From a virus (lineage: Duplodnaviria > Caudoviricetes): a stretch of DNA of 27,368 bases. Made by a program: the position numbers and the translations under genes. Position 1 is the first letter of the stretch. Every line of letters begins with the position of its first letter. The stretch covers positions 1-27,368 of the IMG/VR virus record IMGVR_UViG_3300033067_000654; one strand, 5' to 3'. Below the pieces are notes generated by a model. It made no database searches, was not told the origin of the DNA, and saw only the letters and a program-made list of their open reading frames with translations. Shown in pieces: positions 1 to 8,882 of the stretch.

Positions 1-1136
1 GTGGCACCAATATCACCTTGCAAGCCACGTGGACCAGTTGCTCCAGTGGCCCCTGTTGCTCCAGTTAATCCTGTGGCACCTTCTGGGCCAGTTGCACCAG
101 TTGCGCCGGCTGGGCCTTGCACCCCGGTTGCTCCACGTGGACCTGTGGCGCCCGATGGCCCTTGCATACCCAAGACCCCACTAGCACCTGTAGCACCTGT
201 AGCACCTACTGGCCCCGGTAATCCACTAGCACCTGTTGCGCCTTGTGTTCCGATTGCGCCGCGTGGCCCTGTTGCTCCCGATGGCCCTATTGGTCCTTGT
301 AGACCTTGTGGACCTGTTGGGCCGCCTGCTGGCCCTATTGGGCCTTGTGGACCTGTTGGGCCTTGTGGACCCACGATCTCGCCAAGATCAACAAATTCAA
401 CACCGGACCACGCCCAAATATGGGTTCCGATAATAAATGCATCGCCTTTTTCGTTGTTTTCAGTTGGCAAATCTACAGTATTGTTTAGCTTGCCTACAAT
501 TCTAAGCATACCTACTGGAACACCCCCGACGCTAGTGCCTATTGGTAAGGACAAATTTCCAGTATTATCAATACCAATAGTACTATCACCTATCTGAATA
601 GTATCGTTGGCTTTTAGGTTACTGACAACTATTTGACCATCTGCACTCGTAATCGGGACACCATTAATGTAAACAGCACCGGACCCTACCCAAAGATCGC
701 TGAATTGATTTGTAACATTGCCGAGACTATATTCTAAGTCTTCTGCCGGAATGATATCCGAAGCAACGTTTGTTAAGTCAATACCTTGCCCGACCTCTCC
801 TAGCAGTGCATTAACTTGATCTTGCGTATAGTATTCGCCGACTTGAAATGCAGTTGCTTGCAACGTCCCGTCGGGAAATTTCAGCGTTCCGCTGGATCTA
901 AACATCCAATTTGTATCTTGATCGACATTGATAGTCAAGTCTTCGGGGCTACTAATAGTATTGCCTTCGAAAGTCAATACGCTATTTGCAATTCCGTTGG
1001 CGACTCCAGTGAGTGCAATATTGCCACTAACTAAATCGAGAAAATTGTTGTTGATCTTTGTGAACGCTACTCGTAGCTGGTCGCCATCGCCAGTACTTGG
1101 TCCAGATCCTGTGTTTACTAATCGTAGATTGCCCAT
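1..1136 (-). CDS. Collagen-like (G-X-Y) virion structural / tail fibre protein, 3' end outside the window
   Basis: Not in the ORF track because it has no stop in the window. ATG at 1136 with AGGA SD gives [32 protein letters not shown], resembling the G-D-x-L-R-x-A-F-x-K-I-N-x-N-F N-terminus of T4-like baseplate/fibre proteins. The same frame ends in GPQ/GAT collagen triplets. Confidence 0.85.
   Translation of the reverse strand, partial: MGNLRLVNTGSGPSTGDGDQLRVAFTKINNNFLDLVSGNIALTGVANGIANSVLTFEGNTISSPEDLTINVDQDTNWMFRSSGTLKFPDGTLQATAFQVGEYYTQDQVNALLGEVGQGIDLTNVASDIIPAEDLEYSLGNVTNQFSDLWVGSGAVYINGVPITSADGQIVVSNLKANDTIQIGDSTIGIDNTGNLSLPIGTSVGGVPVGMLRIVGKLNNTVDLPTENNEKGDAFIIGTHIWAWSGVEFVDLGEIVGPQGPTGPQGPIGPAGGPTGPQGLQGPIGPSGATGPRGAIGTQGATGASGLPGPVGATGATGASGVLGMQGPSGATGPRGATGVQGPAGATGATGPEGATGLTGATGATGATGPRGLQGDIGA
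3..372 (-). repeat. Collagen triplet repeat region (GPQ, GPT, GAT, GPR)
   Basis: 9-nt periodicity; the minus frame has Gly at every third residue (…[20 protein letters not shown]). Confidence 0.9.
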
Positions 1137-1143
1137 ATGTTAT

Positions 1144-1168
1144 GTCCTATAAACAGTATTTATAGGAC
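1144..1168 (-). promoter_or_regulatory. T4-type late promoter TATAAATA (1164-1157) inside a 10-bp hairpin that sequesters the SD of the structural gene
   Basis: Minus strand reads GTCCTATAAA-TACTG-TTTATAGGAC-ATAACAT-ATG, a perfect inverted repeat with AGGA in the 3' arm. Confidence 0.7.
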
Positions 1169-1192
1169 TTGGGCGATTAGTTTCTTAGAGTA

Positions 1193-1753
1193 TTATTTGA
1201 GTCCGCCGTAAATTCGACGATTCACATGTTCCCAATTTATACAGCGCCACATGTTATCCAAGTACTTTTTCTTATTGCTAGCGTAATCCAATGCCCACGA
1301 ATGCTCCCACCAGTCAATAAGCAAGGCAATATCTTTACGTTTTGCATGATTTCTAATGGTTTTGATTTCCCCGCCCCGGGTCATGTAAACCCATCCGCTA
1401 CCTTGCAGAGACATAGCTGCTTTTTCAAATTCTTCTTTGAATCGATCAAAGCTAGTCCAACGCCGATCAATTAAGGCAGCACTTGTACCGTGGGGCTTAT
1501 TGCCATTTTTTGGTGGCTGCAAGTCTGCAAAGTAGATATTGTGTAAAAATGCGCCGGCTTCGTTGAAATCTGCATCGCCTTCGCCTTTGTTGTATCTATC
1601 AACATACCCCTTGGCCAATTTGCTATAATGGTAGTTGATTGCAGCATTGCTTAATACTGGTGCGAGTGCGTCTCTAGAATAAGGTAGAGGAGCTAATACC
1701 AACTTATCTTTGTTAGCTGCTTCTACTAGATTGATAGCCTTGCGCAAATCCAT
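1193..1753 (-). CDS. sod: Fe/Mn superoxide dismutase
   Basis: LPY..DALAP N-terminus, YH, FLHNIYF, GSGW and DWWEH metal-ligand motifs. Confidence 0.92.
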   Translation of the reverse strand: MDLRKAINLVEAANKDKLVLAPLPYSRDALAPVLSNAAINYHYSKLAKGYVDRYNKGEGDADFNEAGAFLHNIYFADLQPPKNGNKPHGTSAALIDRRWTSFDRFKEEFEKAAMSLQGSGWVYMTRGGEIKTIRNHAKRKDIALLIDWWEHSWALDYASNKKKYLDNMWRCINWEHVNRRIYGGLK

Positions 1754-1974
1754 TATGATTTATTTCGATAAACCACTCGGCCTTTAGTGATATCGTACGG
1801 ACTAACTTCAATATCTACGCTATCGCCTAGTAGAATTTGAATGTTATGTTGCCGCATTTTGCCGCCCAATGTAACTGTTACTTTATGATTATTGGGTAGC
1901 AATACCCTAAATGTTGCATTTGGTAGTACTTCGTGTACAACACCAGTCATGCGAACCGCTTCTTCTTTAGCCAA
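1753..1974 (-). CDS. infA: Translation initiation factor IF-1
   Basis: MAKEE..G.V.EVLPNATFRV.L.N.H…GKMR…I.IL.GD.V..E.SPYD.TKGR..YR; TTG start with AAGGAG SD. Confidence 0.95.
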   Translation of the reverse strand: MAKEEAVRMTGVVHEVLPNATFRVLLPNNHKVTVTLGGKMRQHNIQILLGDSVDIEVSPYDITKGRVVYRNKS

Positions 1975-1994
1975 GTGACTTATCTCCTTTAATA

Positions 1995-2008
1995 AAACAG
2001 TATTTATT
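1995..2008 (-). promoter_or_regulatory. Late-promoter-like AATAAATA box upstream of infA
   Basis: 13-mer ATAAATACTGTTT (minus strand) identical to that at 1151-1163. Confidence 0.5.
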
Positions 2009-2342
2009 GATTCTCAATTTCGTTAGCAGTTTGCTCTATTACTTTAGCTAGATTTAGTGCAGCTTGCTTGGACAAAATCATATGATGTTCTTGTTTATGG
2101 ACGCCTTTAAATAGCACTTCGTATGCAGCTTTGAATCGTCTCCATGGGTTTTCCCAAAGTGGAGTCCAAGTAGTCACATAAAAACTAACGTCGACCTCAG
2201 GAACGTCTTGATCTTTTTGTACTTCGATCCACATCTTGGCACTATGATCAGCTGATCCGCAAGAGCACTCAATATGATAGTTCCTGGCATCGCCCCAGTC
2301 GCCAATTAGCATGATTCCTTCTGCAGGAGTTTGTGGTGTCAT
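2004..2342 (-). CDS. Hypothetical protein (CxC…H motif)
   Basis: 112-aa ORF with AAGGA SD and ATGA overlap with the upstream gene. Confidence 0.75.
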   Translation of the reverse strand: MTPQTPAEGIMLIGDWGDARNYHIECSCGSADHSAKMWIEVQKDQDVPEVDVSFYVTTWTPLWENPWRRFKAAYEVLFKGVHKQEHHMILSKQAALNLAKVIEQTANEIENQ

Positions 2343-2503
2343 TGTAATCCTTGTTGTTTACGATAACGATATTCGCGTTTTAGCCAATACTTGTATTTTC
2401 CAAAGTATTCCTTGGCAGTATAGGGAACCGGTTGCCCCCAGCTAACGAGCTCATCGCAATGTGTGTACCACATTTCCTGCGCCCAGAGTTTAAAATTTTT
2501 CAT
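2339..2503 (-). CDS. Small aromatic-rich hypothetical protein (54 aa)
   Basis: Not in the track. MKNFKLWAQEMWYTHCDELVSWGQPVPYTAKEYFGKYKYWLKREYRYRKQQGLQ; fills the gap exactly, with an ATGA overlap. Confidence 0.7.
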   Translation of the reverse strand: MKNFKLWAQEMWYTHCDELVSWGQPVPYTAKEYFGKYKYWLKREYRYRKQQGLQ

Positions 2504-2504
2504 G

Positions 2505-3338
2505 TTAAGTCCACAACGATTCTCTGATACGAATGAGCCTGATCATCATTTGCTCATCTTCTTTTTCGTACTGTTGCTCTATTTTGCGCATAGTAGCAAG
2601 TGCTTTCTGCGTTTCCTTCTTTTCAGTAGGGGTATTGTCCTCACCAAAAATTAAGTCTTCGTCGCCGCCCCGGCGTCTCTCACAAATATCGCTCCACCCA
2701 CTAATATCGTTGGGGTCTGCACGATTGGGCCTTTCCTGAGTCCACCAATAGTAAAGATCTAGGATTTCTCTAGCCCCGATAGCTTGCCCTGTTGGCATGT
2801 TATAATTCTTGTCTCCGGGCTTGGCCCCAACGGCACTGTGTGTTAATCCAGCGGCCCATTCGAGATGCTCGATCCCGGCCTCGGGGCAGCGCCAAGTTCT
2901 TCTATTAAACCAACGAGCGGGCCACTTATTGGGAAACTTGTACTTAGATCGTGCATTCTCGTCCCACAATACGTGATGTACGGCAGTTTCAACTTCGACG
3001 AAGTTAACTAATTCATTAAACAAGCATGGCAAGAATCGATGACCAACATCGCACCAGTGACCTGGCTTAATATCTGTAGGATGTGCAGTGAGACTATGGC
3101 TGCGACTAATCCAGCGATTGTTTATGTAATACCGTGCGCTATCAATTTGGTCAAGCGGCCACATTACAAAATTTTGCAAATATTGTAATCCTTCATCAGC
3201 AAGCCAGAATCGAATCGGATGCTTGGCTTTTGCAGCACGTTTCCAATCTCTCCACTCTTTACTGGTGCCCATCTTTAGACTAGCCGTACCTCTTAGCCAG
3301 TCGGCAAACGCACCAATAGTCCAATAATTAGCTCTCAT
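2505..3338 (-). CDS. Trp-rich hypothetical phage protein
   Basis: Long ORF in operon context; likely start MRANY at 3338, just after the upstream stop. Confidence 0.8.
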   Translation of the reverse strand: MRANYWTIGAFADWLRGTASLKMGTSKEWRDWKRAAKAKHPIRFWLADEGLQYLQNFVMWPLDQIDSARYYINNRWISRSHSLTAHPTDIKPGHWCDVGHRFLPCLFNELVNFVEVETAVHHVLWDENARSKYKFPNKWPARWFNRRTWRCPEAGIEHLEWAAGLTHSAVGAKPGDKNYNMPTGQAIGAREILDLYYWWTQERPNRADPNDISGWSDICERRRGGDEDLIFGEDNTPTEKKETQKALATMRKIEQQYEKEDEQMMIRLIRIRESLWT

Positions 3339-3342
3339 TTTG

Positions 3343-3711
3343 TTACTTTGATCCAAATACTTCTGTTATTGCTTTGATCATGCTGTCTTGCTCAGCTGAA
3401 CTAAGAGTATCTAGTCCATCTGTACTGACTGTAAATGAGTTGTTACCTTTTCGATTTTTTATGTTAGTAAAAAGATCAGTAAAGTTTGCAGCTTGACCCA
3501 CAAATTCTTGATCAACATAGGCATAATAACATCCATTTACTTTTTCCACAAACAGTTTGCCTATGTTTGATGCCGGTTTGTTCTCGGAAGTATTCTCGTC
3601 TTCGGCTTCTTTGAGTAGTTCTTTGACTATAGAATTTGCCATACTAACTTTGCCAAAGAAATAGCAAGCAGCACCAAAAAGCCCAATTAAAATAAGGTCA
3701 GCGATAGTCAT
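3343..3711 (-). CDS. Hypothetical protein with N-terminal membrane anchor
   Basis: Hydrophobic N-terminus LILIGLFGAACYFFG; ATGA overlap. Confidence 0.75.
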   Translation of the reverse strand: MTIADLILIGLFGAACYFFGKVSMANSIVKELLKEAEDENTSENKPASNIGKLFVEKVNGCYYAYVDQEFVGQAANFTDLFTNIKNRKGNNSFTVSTDGLDTLSSAEQDSMIKAITEVFGSK

Positions 3712-4043
3712 GTATTCTTGCTTTCTTCTGTTACTAAAATCTTCATTAGTTGAAACTGCTCGTAAGCAGCTTTGAGTCCGGGATGCTTTTCCATTAGTGC
3801 ATGTAGTTGTTCTTGTTCGGCACGTTGCTGACTAGCCCACCTAATAGCAGCCTCGGCTTCTCCGCTAAGACCTATTGTACTTTGCATAGAAATATTTAAC
3901 CAAGTGTTGCCGTCATACACTTCAAAGGTATCATTTCGGTACCGAACCATACCGGCATTGTATGCACCGGGACTAATATACGGCCCACCACCTCCGCCGT
4001 ATACGGTAATATACGGGCTACTGCTAGTTACAGAGTTTATCAT
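3708..4043 (-). CDS. Hypothetical protein
   Basis: 111-aa ORF with GMVRY..FEVYDGNTW and a helical C-terminus; ATGA overlaps on both sides. Confidence 0.75.
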   Translation of the reverse strand: MINSVTSSSPYITVYGGGGGPYISPGAYNAGMVRYRNDTFEVYDGNTWLNISMQSTIGLSGEAEAAIRWASQQRAEQEQLHALMEKHPGLKAAYEQFQLMKILVTEESKNT

Positions 4044-4549
4044 CTTAGAGATTCTCGTTCAATCACAGTGCGTAGTATTGATTCTACATATTGATTGAAC
4101 GTCACATCTTCTTTATGAGCGCGGGTCATTAAGTCCAGCATTTCGGCGTCGCTAAGAGTAAGAGGAACGCTAATTCTAGTATCGTAGTCTAGTTGACCGT
4201 TTACAATGGCTGCACATTTTTGCAAGAAGTCTTCGGCAACTTCTAAATCAGTGAATTCGACGTCATCCCAGGCTTGATTGTTGTTGATCTCGCGCAATTT
4301 TGCTTCATCTGCTAGTGCCTGTGCAAACTCGGGATTAATCCATCGGTAAGATCTATCATTGATTAGGTCAGAAACTTCAGCTGAATACACAGTTTGATTA
4401 ACACCGTCAAACACAATGCTAGCACTGTATTTGCTCGGCTCTTCGCTGTCTAGCCATCTTGCATTGGGCCCAAAGCACTGCCAGCCATATTCACTACCGC
4501 CAGTGAATTGAAATTTAATTGCTTGAGAAAAATCTTGAATTGTTACCAT
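4040..4549 (-). CDS. Hypothetical protein with possible C-terminal ribbon-helix-helix-like segment
   Basis: Start at ATG 4549 with GGAG SD behind a sigma70 promoter; C-terminus VPLTLSD..MLDL…AH..DVTFNQYVE.ILR. Confidence 0.75.
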   Translation of the reverse strand: MVTIQDFSQAIKFQFTGGSEYGWQCFGPNARWLDSEEPSKYSASIVFDGVNQTVYSAEVSDLINDRSYRWINPEFAQALADEAKLREINNNQAWDDVEFTDLEVAEDFLQKCAAIVNGQLDYDTRISVPLTLSDAEMLDLMTRAHKEDVTFNQYVESILRTVIERESLR

Positions 4550-4569
4550 ATTTGCTCCAATGTTTGCGT

Positions 4570-4598
4570 ATTCTAGCACAAGTTTGTCTAACAGTCAA
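4570..4598 (-). promoter_or_regulatory. sigma70-type promoter
   Basis: TTGACT-N17-TAGAAT with an extended TG. Confidence 0.65.
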
Positions 4599-4777
4599 TG
4601 CACTCCGGACCATTTTAAACTAAAAACAGTGGCGTGTTCTAAATCATCGAATTTAAAATTGAGTCCTTGCCCCGGCCAGTTTGTTGTCATGGCCCATTTT
4701 GTAATTGGTAAATGATCTAAACACCAGTTACATGCAGCACCGGCCGTTCGGGAATCAGAAACGTGGATTGTAATCAT
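4595..4777 (-). CDS. LRW-family small protein
   Basis: WC..H; C-terminus FKFDDLEHATVFSLKWS. Confidence 0.75.
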   Translation of the reverse strand: MITIHVSDSRTAGAACNWCLDHLPITKWAMTTNWPGQGLNFKFDDLEHATVFSLKWSGVH

Positions 4778-5582
4778 TTAGTATATCATCTGTTGTGGGA
4801 GGGGTGATGTGGTTTTGTAATAGATATCTAGCTTCCTGATCACGATTCGATCTACTAGACTCTCCCATAATAACTACAGAATATTGCTGACCCTGTTGCT
4901 CAACTAACATGGCTAGACACTTGCCTGCACTAGTTGTTGTTCCGGTTTTACTAACAACAATGTTGTCAAATTCGTCTAGGATTGCTTTGTTTGTATTGTT
5001 GATACTAATCGCCCGGGCTCGTTTGCTGTTAGAATTAATTTCTACCACAGGCTGGCTGCTTGAGTGCCTAATGTCTGGGTACTGTCCAGCGGCTATTAGC
5101 ATTTTAGCAACATCGCTGGCAGTTGCTGAATTGTCGTTATTTAGGCCCGATGGGTCTTTGAATTGTGCGCTTAACATGCCCAAGCTAAAAGCCTTGTCAT
5201 TCATGGCTTGAATAAAGGCTGCACGATTACTGTGAAAGTTTTTGCTCAGTACCTCTGCTACATAATTGTCGCTTCTAACTAGCAGCAAGTTTAATAGTTC
5301 TTTTACAGTGTATTCACGCTTGCCCATATATGGCGTCGGTAATTTAATAACCTTGAGTGGATTGGTTGTTTGATCCAATACCACCATTGCAGTCATTAAT
5401 TTAGTAATGCTAGCGATGCTGCGTACACGATCCGGATTCTTTTCGTATACAACACGGTTTACAGAAGTGTTTAATACAATAACGCTGTGTTCGGTTACCG
5501 GAGGTTTAACTTTGCGTGGCTTTCCCCCGGCGTGTACGTTAGTGCATAATAGTGCAATGGCGATAATGGCTGCAAATTTCAT
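4755..5582 (-). CDS. D-alanyl-D-alanine endo/carboxypeptidase, peptidase S11 (PBP7/PbpG-like)
   Basis: Signal peptide; SxxK (ASITKLMT), SxN (SDN) and KTG motifs; DPSGL. Confidence 0.9.
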   Translation of the reverse strand: MKFAAIIAIALLCTNVHAGGKPRKVKPPVTEHSVIVLNTSVNRVVYEKNPDRVRSIASITKLMTAMVVLDQTTNPLKVIKLPTPYMGKREYTVKELLNLLLVRSDNYVAEVLSKNFHSNRAAFIQAMNDKAFSLGMLSAQFKDPSGLNNDNSATASDVAKMLIAAGQYPDIRHSSSQPVVEINSNSKRARAISINNTNKAILDEFDNIVVSKTGTTTSAGKCLAMLVEQQGQQYSVVIMGESSRSNRDQEARYLLQNHITPPTTDDILNDYNPRF

Positions 5583-5812
5583 AGATAGGTCATCCTAAAC
5601 ATTGTTGCAGCTTCATCGCTATAGAAATCGAGGAAAATAGTTTCCCGGTATCCTGTTTCGTTAGACCACACACGATGTTTCCGAACAGTGAACCCCAGTT
5701 CTTCCTTCATCTTGGAACGAATAAGAATAATGGATGGCTTGTGTTCATAACGTTTGGCCAGCTTATTATATACAGCCACCCATTCGGCATCGGTCAACGC
5801 AATAGGTTTCAA
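5579..5812 (-). CDS. LRW-family small protein (divergent)
   Basis: C-terminus LDFYSDEAATMFRMTYL. Confidence 0.7.
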   Translation of the reverse strand: MKPIALTDAEWVAVYNKLAKRYEHKPSIILIRSKMKEELGFTVRKHRVWSNETGYRETIFLDFYSDEAATMFRMTYL

Positions 5813-6297
5813 ATGTCACCTTCATAGCCCGGTGGCATGATCAGCCCGGAATCTAGCACTACCCCATTAATAGTATGGGGCTCGCTTTCATCATAAGTCC
5901 AGCCTAACACTTTCATCATTTTGTGCTTGACTAACAGGTTAGGACTGCGAAATGCCTCGCAATCACTAAACCCCATCATTACACCAACTTCGCAAACTGC
6001 GCCACTGCGACAAACCCCAGCAACACAATGAACTACAACATTCATTCTATTTAGTTGGGCATGTTGCAACAATTCAACTAGGCTTTGTGCTTGCTGATCG
6101 CTGATTTTTACGTCCTCGGGGGCATCGTCATCTCGTTCAAGATCCAGAAACTTAAACTGGTGCGTCTCTTTAAACTTGTGCATGGGCACAGGAAACTCCA
6201 TGTCTGGGTCAACGATCTGAATCAGCATAGAATTTTCGCCAGCATTATGATGCCGGCCCTTGGGAATATCTCCCAGAGATACGTTTTCAATCCACAT
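5809..6297 (-). CDS. Cys-based protein tyrosine / dual-specificity phosphatase-like protein
   Basis: VHCVAGVCRS (HCx5R P-loop) with an upstream F.D motif. Confidence 0.85.
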   Translation of the reverse strand: MWIENVSLGDIPKGRHHNAGENSMLIQIVDPDMEFPVPMHKFKETHQFKFLDLERDDDAPEDVKISDQQAQSLVELLQHAQLNRMNVVVHCVAGVCRSGAVCEVGVMMGFSDCEAFRSPNLLVKHKMMKVLGWTYDESEPHTINGVVLDSGLIMPPGYEGDI

Positions 6298-6309
6298 AAT
6301 TTACCTTGG

Positions 6310-6528
6310 TTAGAGCCATTTCAATCTGAATAGTATAACATCTTTTTCGTCACTGAACAAGTATGCTGCAATTTCGTCCCACAGGTAGCTAACATCTTGC
6401 ACATCTTGCACATGGTATCCTGCATAACTTTGGCAATGCTCCCGAGCCCAACGATCAATTTCGGCAAAGTACTTGTGATTGAGCCCGTATCCACCGCCCT
6501 TTTCGTCGTTGACTAGAACTTCAATCAT
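6310..6528 (-). CDS. LRW-family small protein
   Basis: C-terminus FSDEKDVILFRLKWL; TAATG-coupled start. Confidence 0.75.
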   Translation of the reverse strand: MIEVLVNDEKGGGYGLNHKYFAEIDRWAREHCQSYAGYHVQDVQDVSYLWDEIAAYLFSDEKDVILFRLKWL

Positions 6529-6764
6529 TACCAAACCCACTTACATATAAACATGCTAGCATCTGCTTCGCTCTCAAATGCAAATTCCCTTGTTTGATAG
6601 CTATTGACACAGCCACAAAACACATGCCGCGACACCCATATAATAATACCTAGCCAGCTAACGTTATGCTTTTCTAGAGTATTGGCAGGCAATGTAACAA
6701 CATGCCAGCCCTTCCTGCGAGCTCCGCGCACGGAACGAGGGTCAGTTCTTTTGTGCTGTCTCAT
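6528..6764 (-). CDS. LRW-family small protein
   Basis: C-terminus FAFESEADASMFICKWVW; ATGA-coupled start at 6764. Confidence 0.75.
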   Translation of the reverse strand: MRQHKRTDPRSVRGARRKGWHVVTLPANTLEKHNVSWLGIIIWVSRHVFCGCVNSYQTREFAFESEADASMFICKWVW

Positions 6765-6982
6765 GATTTTAGCGTAAAGATTAGAAACAAATCTTTCAAT
6801 GGGTGATTCCACGGGTCCTGAACGCCATATGCAATATATCCAAACCTAACATCCATGTCGATGTAGTCAATGCCTTTAGTCTTGAGCTTGCCATTGATAG
6901 AAGTTAACTCGGTTCCGTCTGGAAGTTGGTTGTACTCTTCGCGAGTAAACAGATACAGCCCATCTTCATTCCAAAGTTGCAT
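6761..6982 (-). CDS. Hypothetical protein (weak LRW-like tail)
   Basis: TAATG-coupled start; ends DLFLIFTLKS. Confidence 0.7.
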   Translation of the reverse strand: MQLWNEDGLYLFTREEYNQLPDGTELTSINGKLKTKGIDYIDMDVRFGYIAYGVQDPWNHPLKDLFLIFTLKS

Positions 6983-7230
6983 TATAACCACCTCAAGGTA
7001 AAGTACACAGCGTCAACTTCTCGCTCAAAATAAATGAATTCGTCCATGATACTCATGTAAAACTTGCCCGGGCTATCGTGCAACTGTAATGTTCTTTTGG
7101 TTTTGTTAAACTTATCCCGACTATACCATCCTTCAAAATAAGGAGTCAGTGCAGTTTTAAATGGTTCCTTGGGCAAACAAATCGAAAACCACTTTGCTCG
7201 TAGATGTTTTTGTTTGTTCCAGTACTTCAT
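6982..7230 (-). CDS. LRW-family small protein
   Basis: C-terminus YFEREVDAVYFTLRWL. Confidence 0.78.
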   Translation of the reverse strand: MKYWNKQKHLRAKWFSICLPKEPFKTALTPYFEGWYSRDKFNKTKRTLQLHDSPGKFYMSIMDEFIYFEREVDAVYFTLRWL

Positions 7231-7496
7231 GCCCACTTGATTGCAAACATAGTTGAATCTTCTTCCCTGCGGAATACAAATACAAGATTGTATGTAATGT
7301 TGTCGTCCCAGACATCCTCGTCTAGCTCGACATTCTCGTCTGGCTGTGGAACGTCCTCGTAATAAAACCAGTCATCAACGCCCATCCAAGTATTGACGCG
7401 GAACCTACGTGTGCCACGCCCGACATTTTGTCGCAACCAGTCTTCGACCTCATCTAAGTTATCACGGTGTTTATTGTTGAGTAAAATACTATTCAT
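7227..7496 (-). CDS. LRW-family small protein
   Basis: WLRQNVG; C-terminus FVFRREEDSTMFAIKWA. Confidence 0.78.
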   Translation of the reverse strand: MNSILLNNKHRDNLDEVEDWLRQNVGRGTRRFRVNTWMGVDDWFYYEDVPQPDENVELDEDVWDDNITYNLVFVFRREEDSTMFAIKWA

Positions 7497-7731
7497 TGGT
7501 TGTTCCAAACTTCAATGCAAACATTATAGCAGGTTCTTCCCACTCAAATTGCACAATGTCATAATTTTTTTGATAAAGATCTGCCCATTCTACATGCCAC
7601 CGGCGAAAGTAGCGGTCCTGTGCATCATATTGCGTACACCATTCGTACATTTCAGTAGTGCATTTTGGAACTTTAATCCTATAACTAAATCTTGGTCGGT
7701 TATTGCCGCCACCGCCGTGAAAGTATTCCAT
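7489..7731 (-). CDS. LRW-family small protein
   Basis: EWC; C-terminus VQFEWEEPAIMFALKFG. Confidence 0.75.
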   Translation of the reverse strand: MEYFHGGGGNNRPRFSYRIKVPKCTTEMYEWCTQYDAQDRYFRRWHVEWADLYQKNYDIVQFEWEEPAIMFALKFGTTNE

Positions 7732-8000
7732 TACCCTATCCTCTCTTCGAGTAAGGACCAGTCATTGGAGGAAACTCTCATCATAAACATAGTCTCTTGC
7801 TCTAGTGTTTCTGTAGTTATAATCAGACTTGTACTTACAATATATTGTTCACCCTTTCCGTACACTGAGAAAGGTGAAAGATTATTCTTTATTTTGAGAT
7901 CATATCCGCTGGAGGCAAACCACAGTGCATCTTGTAACGATAGCTGCCCGGGGCCGACGTATTGCCAAGTCTTGATTACACGGTCTTTAACGTATTCCAT
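7731..8000 (-). CDS. LRW-like small protein (divergent)
   Basis: ETLEQETMFMMRV near the C-terminus. Confidence 0.65.
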   Translation of the reverse strand: MEYVKDRVIKTWQYVGPGQLSLQDALWFASSGYDLKIKNNLSPFSVYGKGEQYIVSTSLIITTETLEQETMFMMRVSSNDWSLLEERIG

Positions 8001-8437
8001 ATGCCCAGTTGTTCTTTAAGAATTTTATTCTCGTCTTGTGCTTTTTCTGCGGCCTTTACAGCATCTCTAGTCAGCGACTCTGCGGTACGTATTGCAGACT
8101 TTGCTTCCGATAAAATGTCGACAACACTACGAATTTTTAATCGTTTGACTTCTTCTCTTAACTCTTGAACTTCACGCTGTGAAACTACCAATTCATCCTC
8201 GAGCCAATCTGTGTTGCTTTCTAGGTGTTGGATATACTCAGCGGGGGAATAGTCTTGGTAGTCTACAGTAAAGATATTAGTGGCGGGATCCATTCCGATT
8301 TCTACTAGCTCCCCAACTATTCCTCCACGAATGCCAATGAGCATATTAACCAATCGCAACACAATAGGATCTGAGCTAGTTAGATCTAGATAATTTAATA
8401 GTTCAAGATCAGTTAAATGATTTAAATTCTTATTCAT
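7976..8437 (-). CDS. Coiled-coil hypothetical protein
   Basis: Heptad-rich C-terminal half; ATGA-coupled start. Confidence 0.75.
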   Translation of the reverse strand: MNKNLNHLTDLELLNYLDLTSSDPIVLRLVNMLIGIRGGIVGELVEIGMDPATNIFTVDYQDYSPAEYIQHLESNTDWLEDELVVSQREVQELREEVKRLKIRSVVDILSEAKSAIRTAESLTRDAVKAAEKAQDENKILKEQLGIWNTLKTV

Positions 8438-8661
8438 GCCCACCTCAGCAAAAAGGCTGTATACATTTTTTCATCGGGAAATTCTACCCACATTCCGATG
8501 TCGTCGCGCAAATTGTTGATGTTGAATCTTTTAAAAGCGCTGTATTCATGCTCTAGCATTTCCCAAATACTCATGCCTTTATTATAAGTATCTTGACCGT
8601 CAAGCGTGTCCCAATACCATGTAGCAAGTTTCCGCCATTGCGGTTGAATGTTAACGATCAT
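8434..8661 (-). CDS. LRW-family small protein
   Basis: C-terminus VEFPDEKMYTAFLLRWA. Confidence 0.78.
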   Translation of the reverse strand: MIVNIQPQWRKLATWYWDTLDGQDTYNKGMSIWEMLEHEYSAFKRFNINNLRDDIGMWVEFPDEKMYTAFLLRWA

Positions 8662-8882
8662 ATGCCTTTTAGTAATATCAAACTCATCAATTTTTCATGC
8701 ACCCAGTATCGGGCACGATGATAAGCTCCGTGTACTTTCCATAGTTCGTTATCGTGTTGCTCAATCCAATCTCCAAACTGGTATCGACAATCTAGTAGAT
8801 ACCAGTCAACTCCGTGCTCGTCTTTGCGAACATTGCATTGAACATCTTGTGGATACTCCCAACCTTTTTTAACTGTGCTCAT
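8658..8882 (-). CDS. LRW-like small protein (divergent)
   Basis: WIEQH…W; ends YWVHEKLMSLILLKGI. Confidence 0.65.
   Translation of the reverse strand: MSTVKKGWEYPQDVQCNVRKDEHGVDWYLLDCRYQFGDWIEQHDNELWKVHGAYHRARYWVHEKLMSLILLKGI

Noticed and set aside
1-597. 198-aa Pro/Val/Ala-rich plus-strand ORF
   Set aside because: It is the antisense shadow of the collagen repeat; the minus frame has a start, SD, promoter and a recognisable N-terminus.
7393-8019. 208-aa plus-strand ORF and the other plus-strand ORFs across 2463-15898 and 22236-25838
   Set aside because: They lie antisense to tightly coupled minus-strand genes and have no SD or recognisable motifs.
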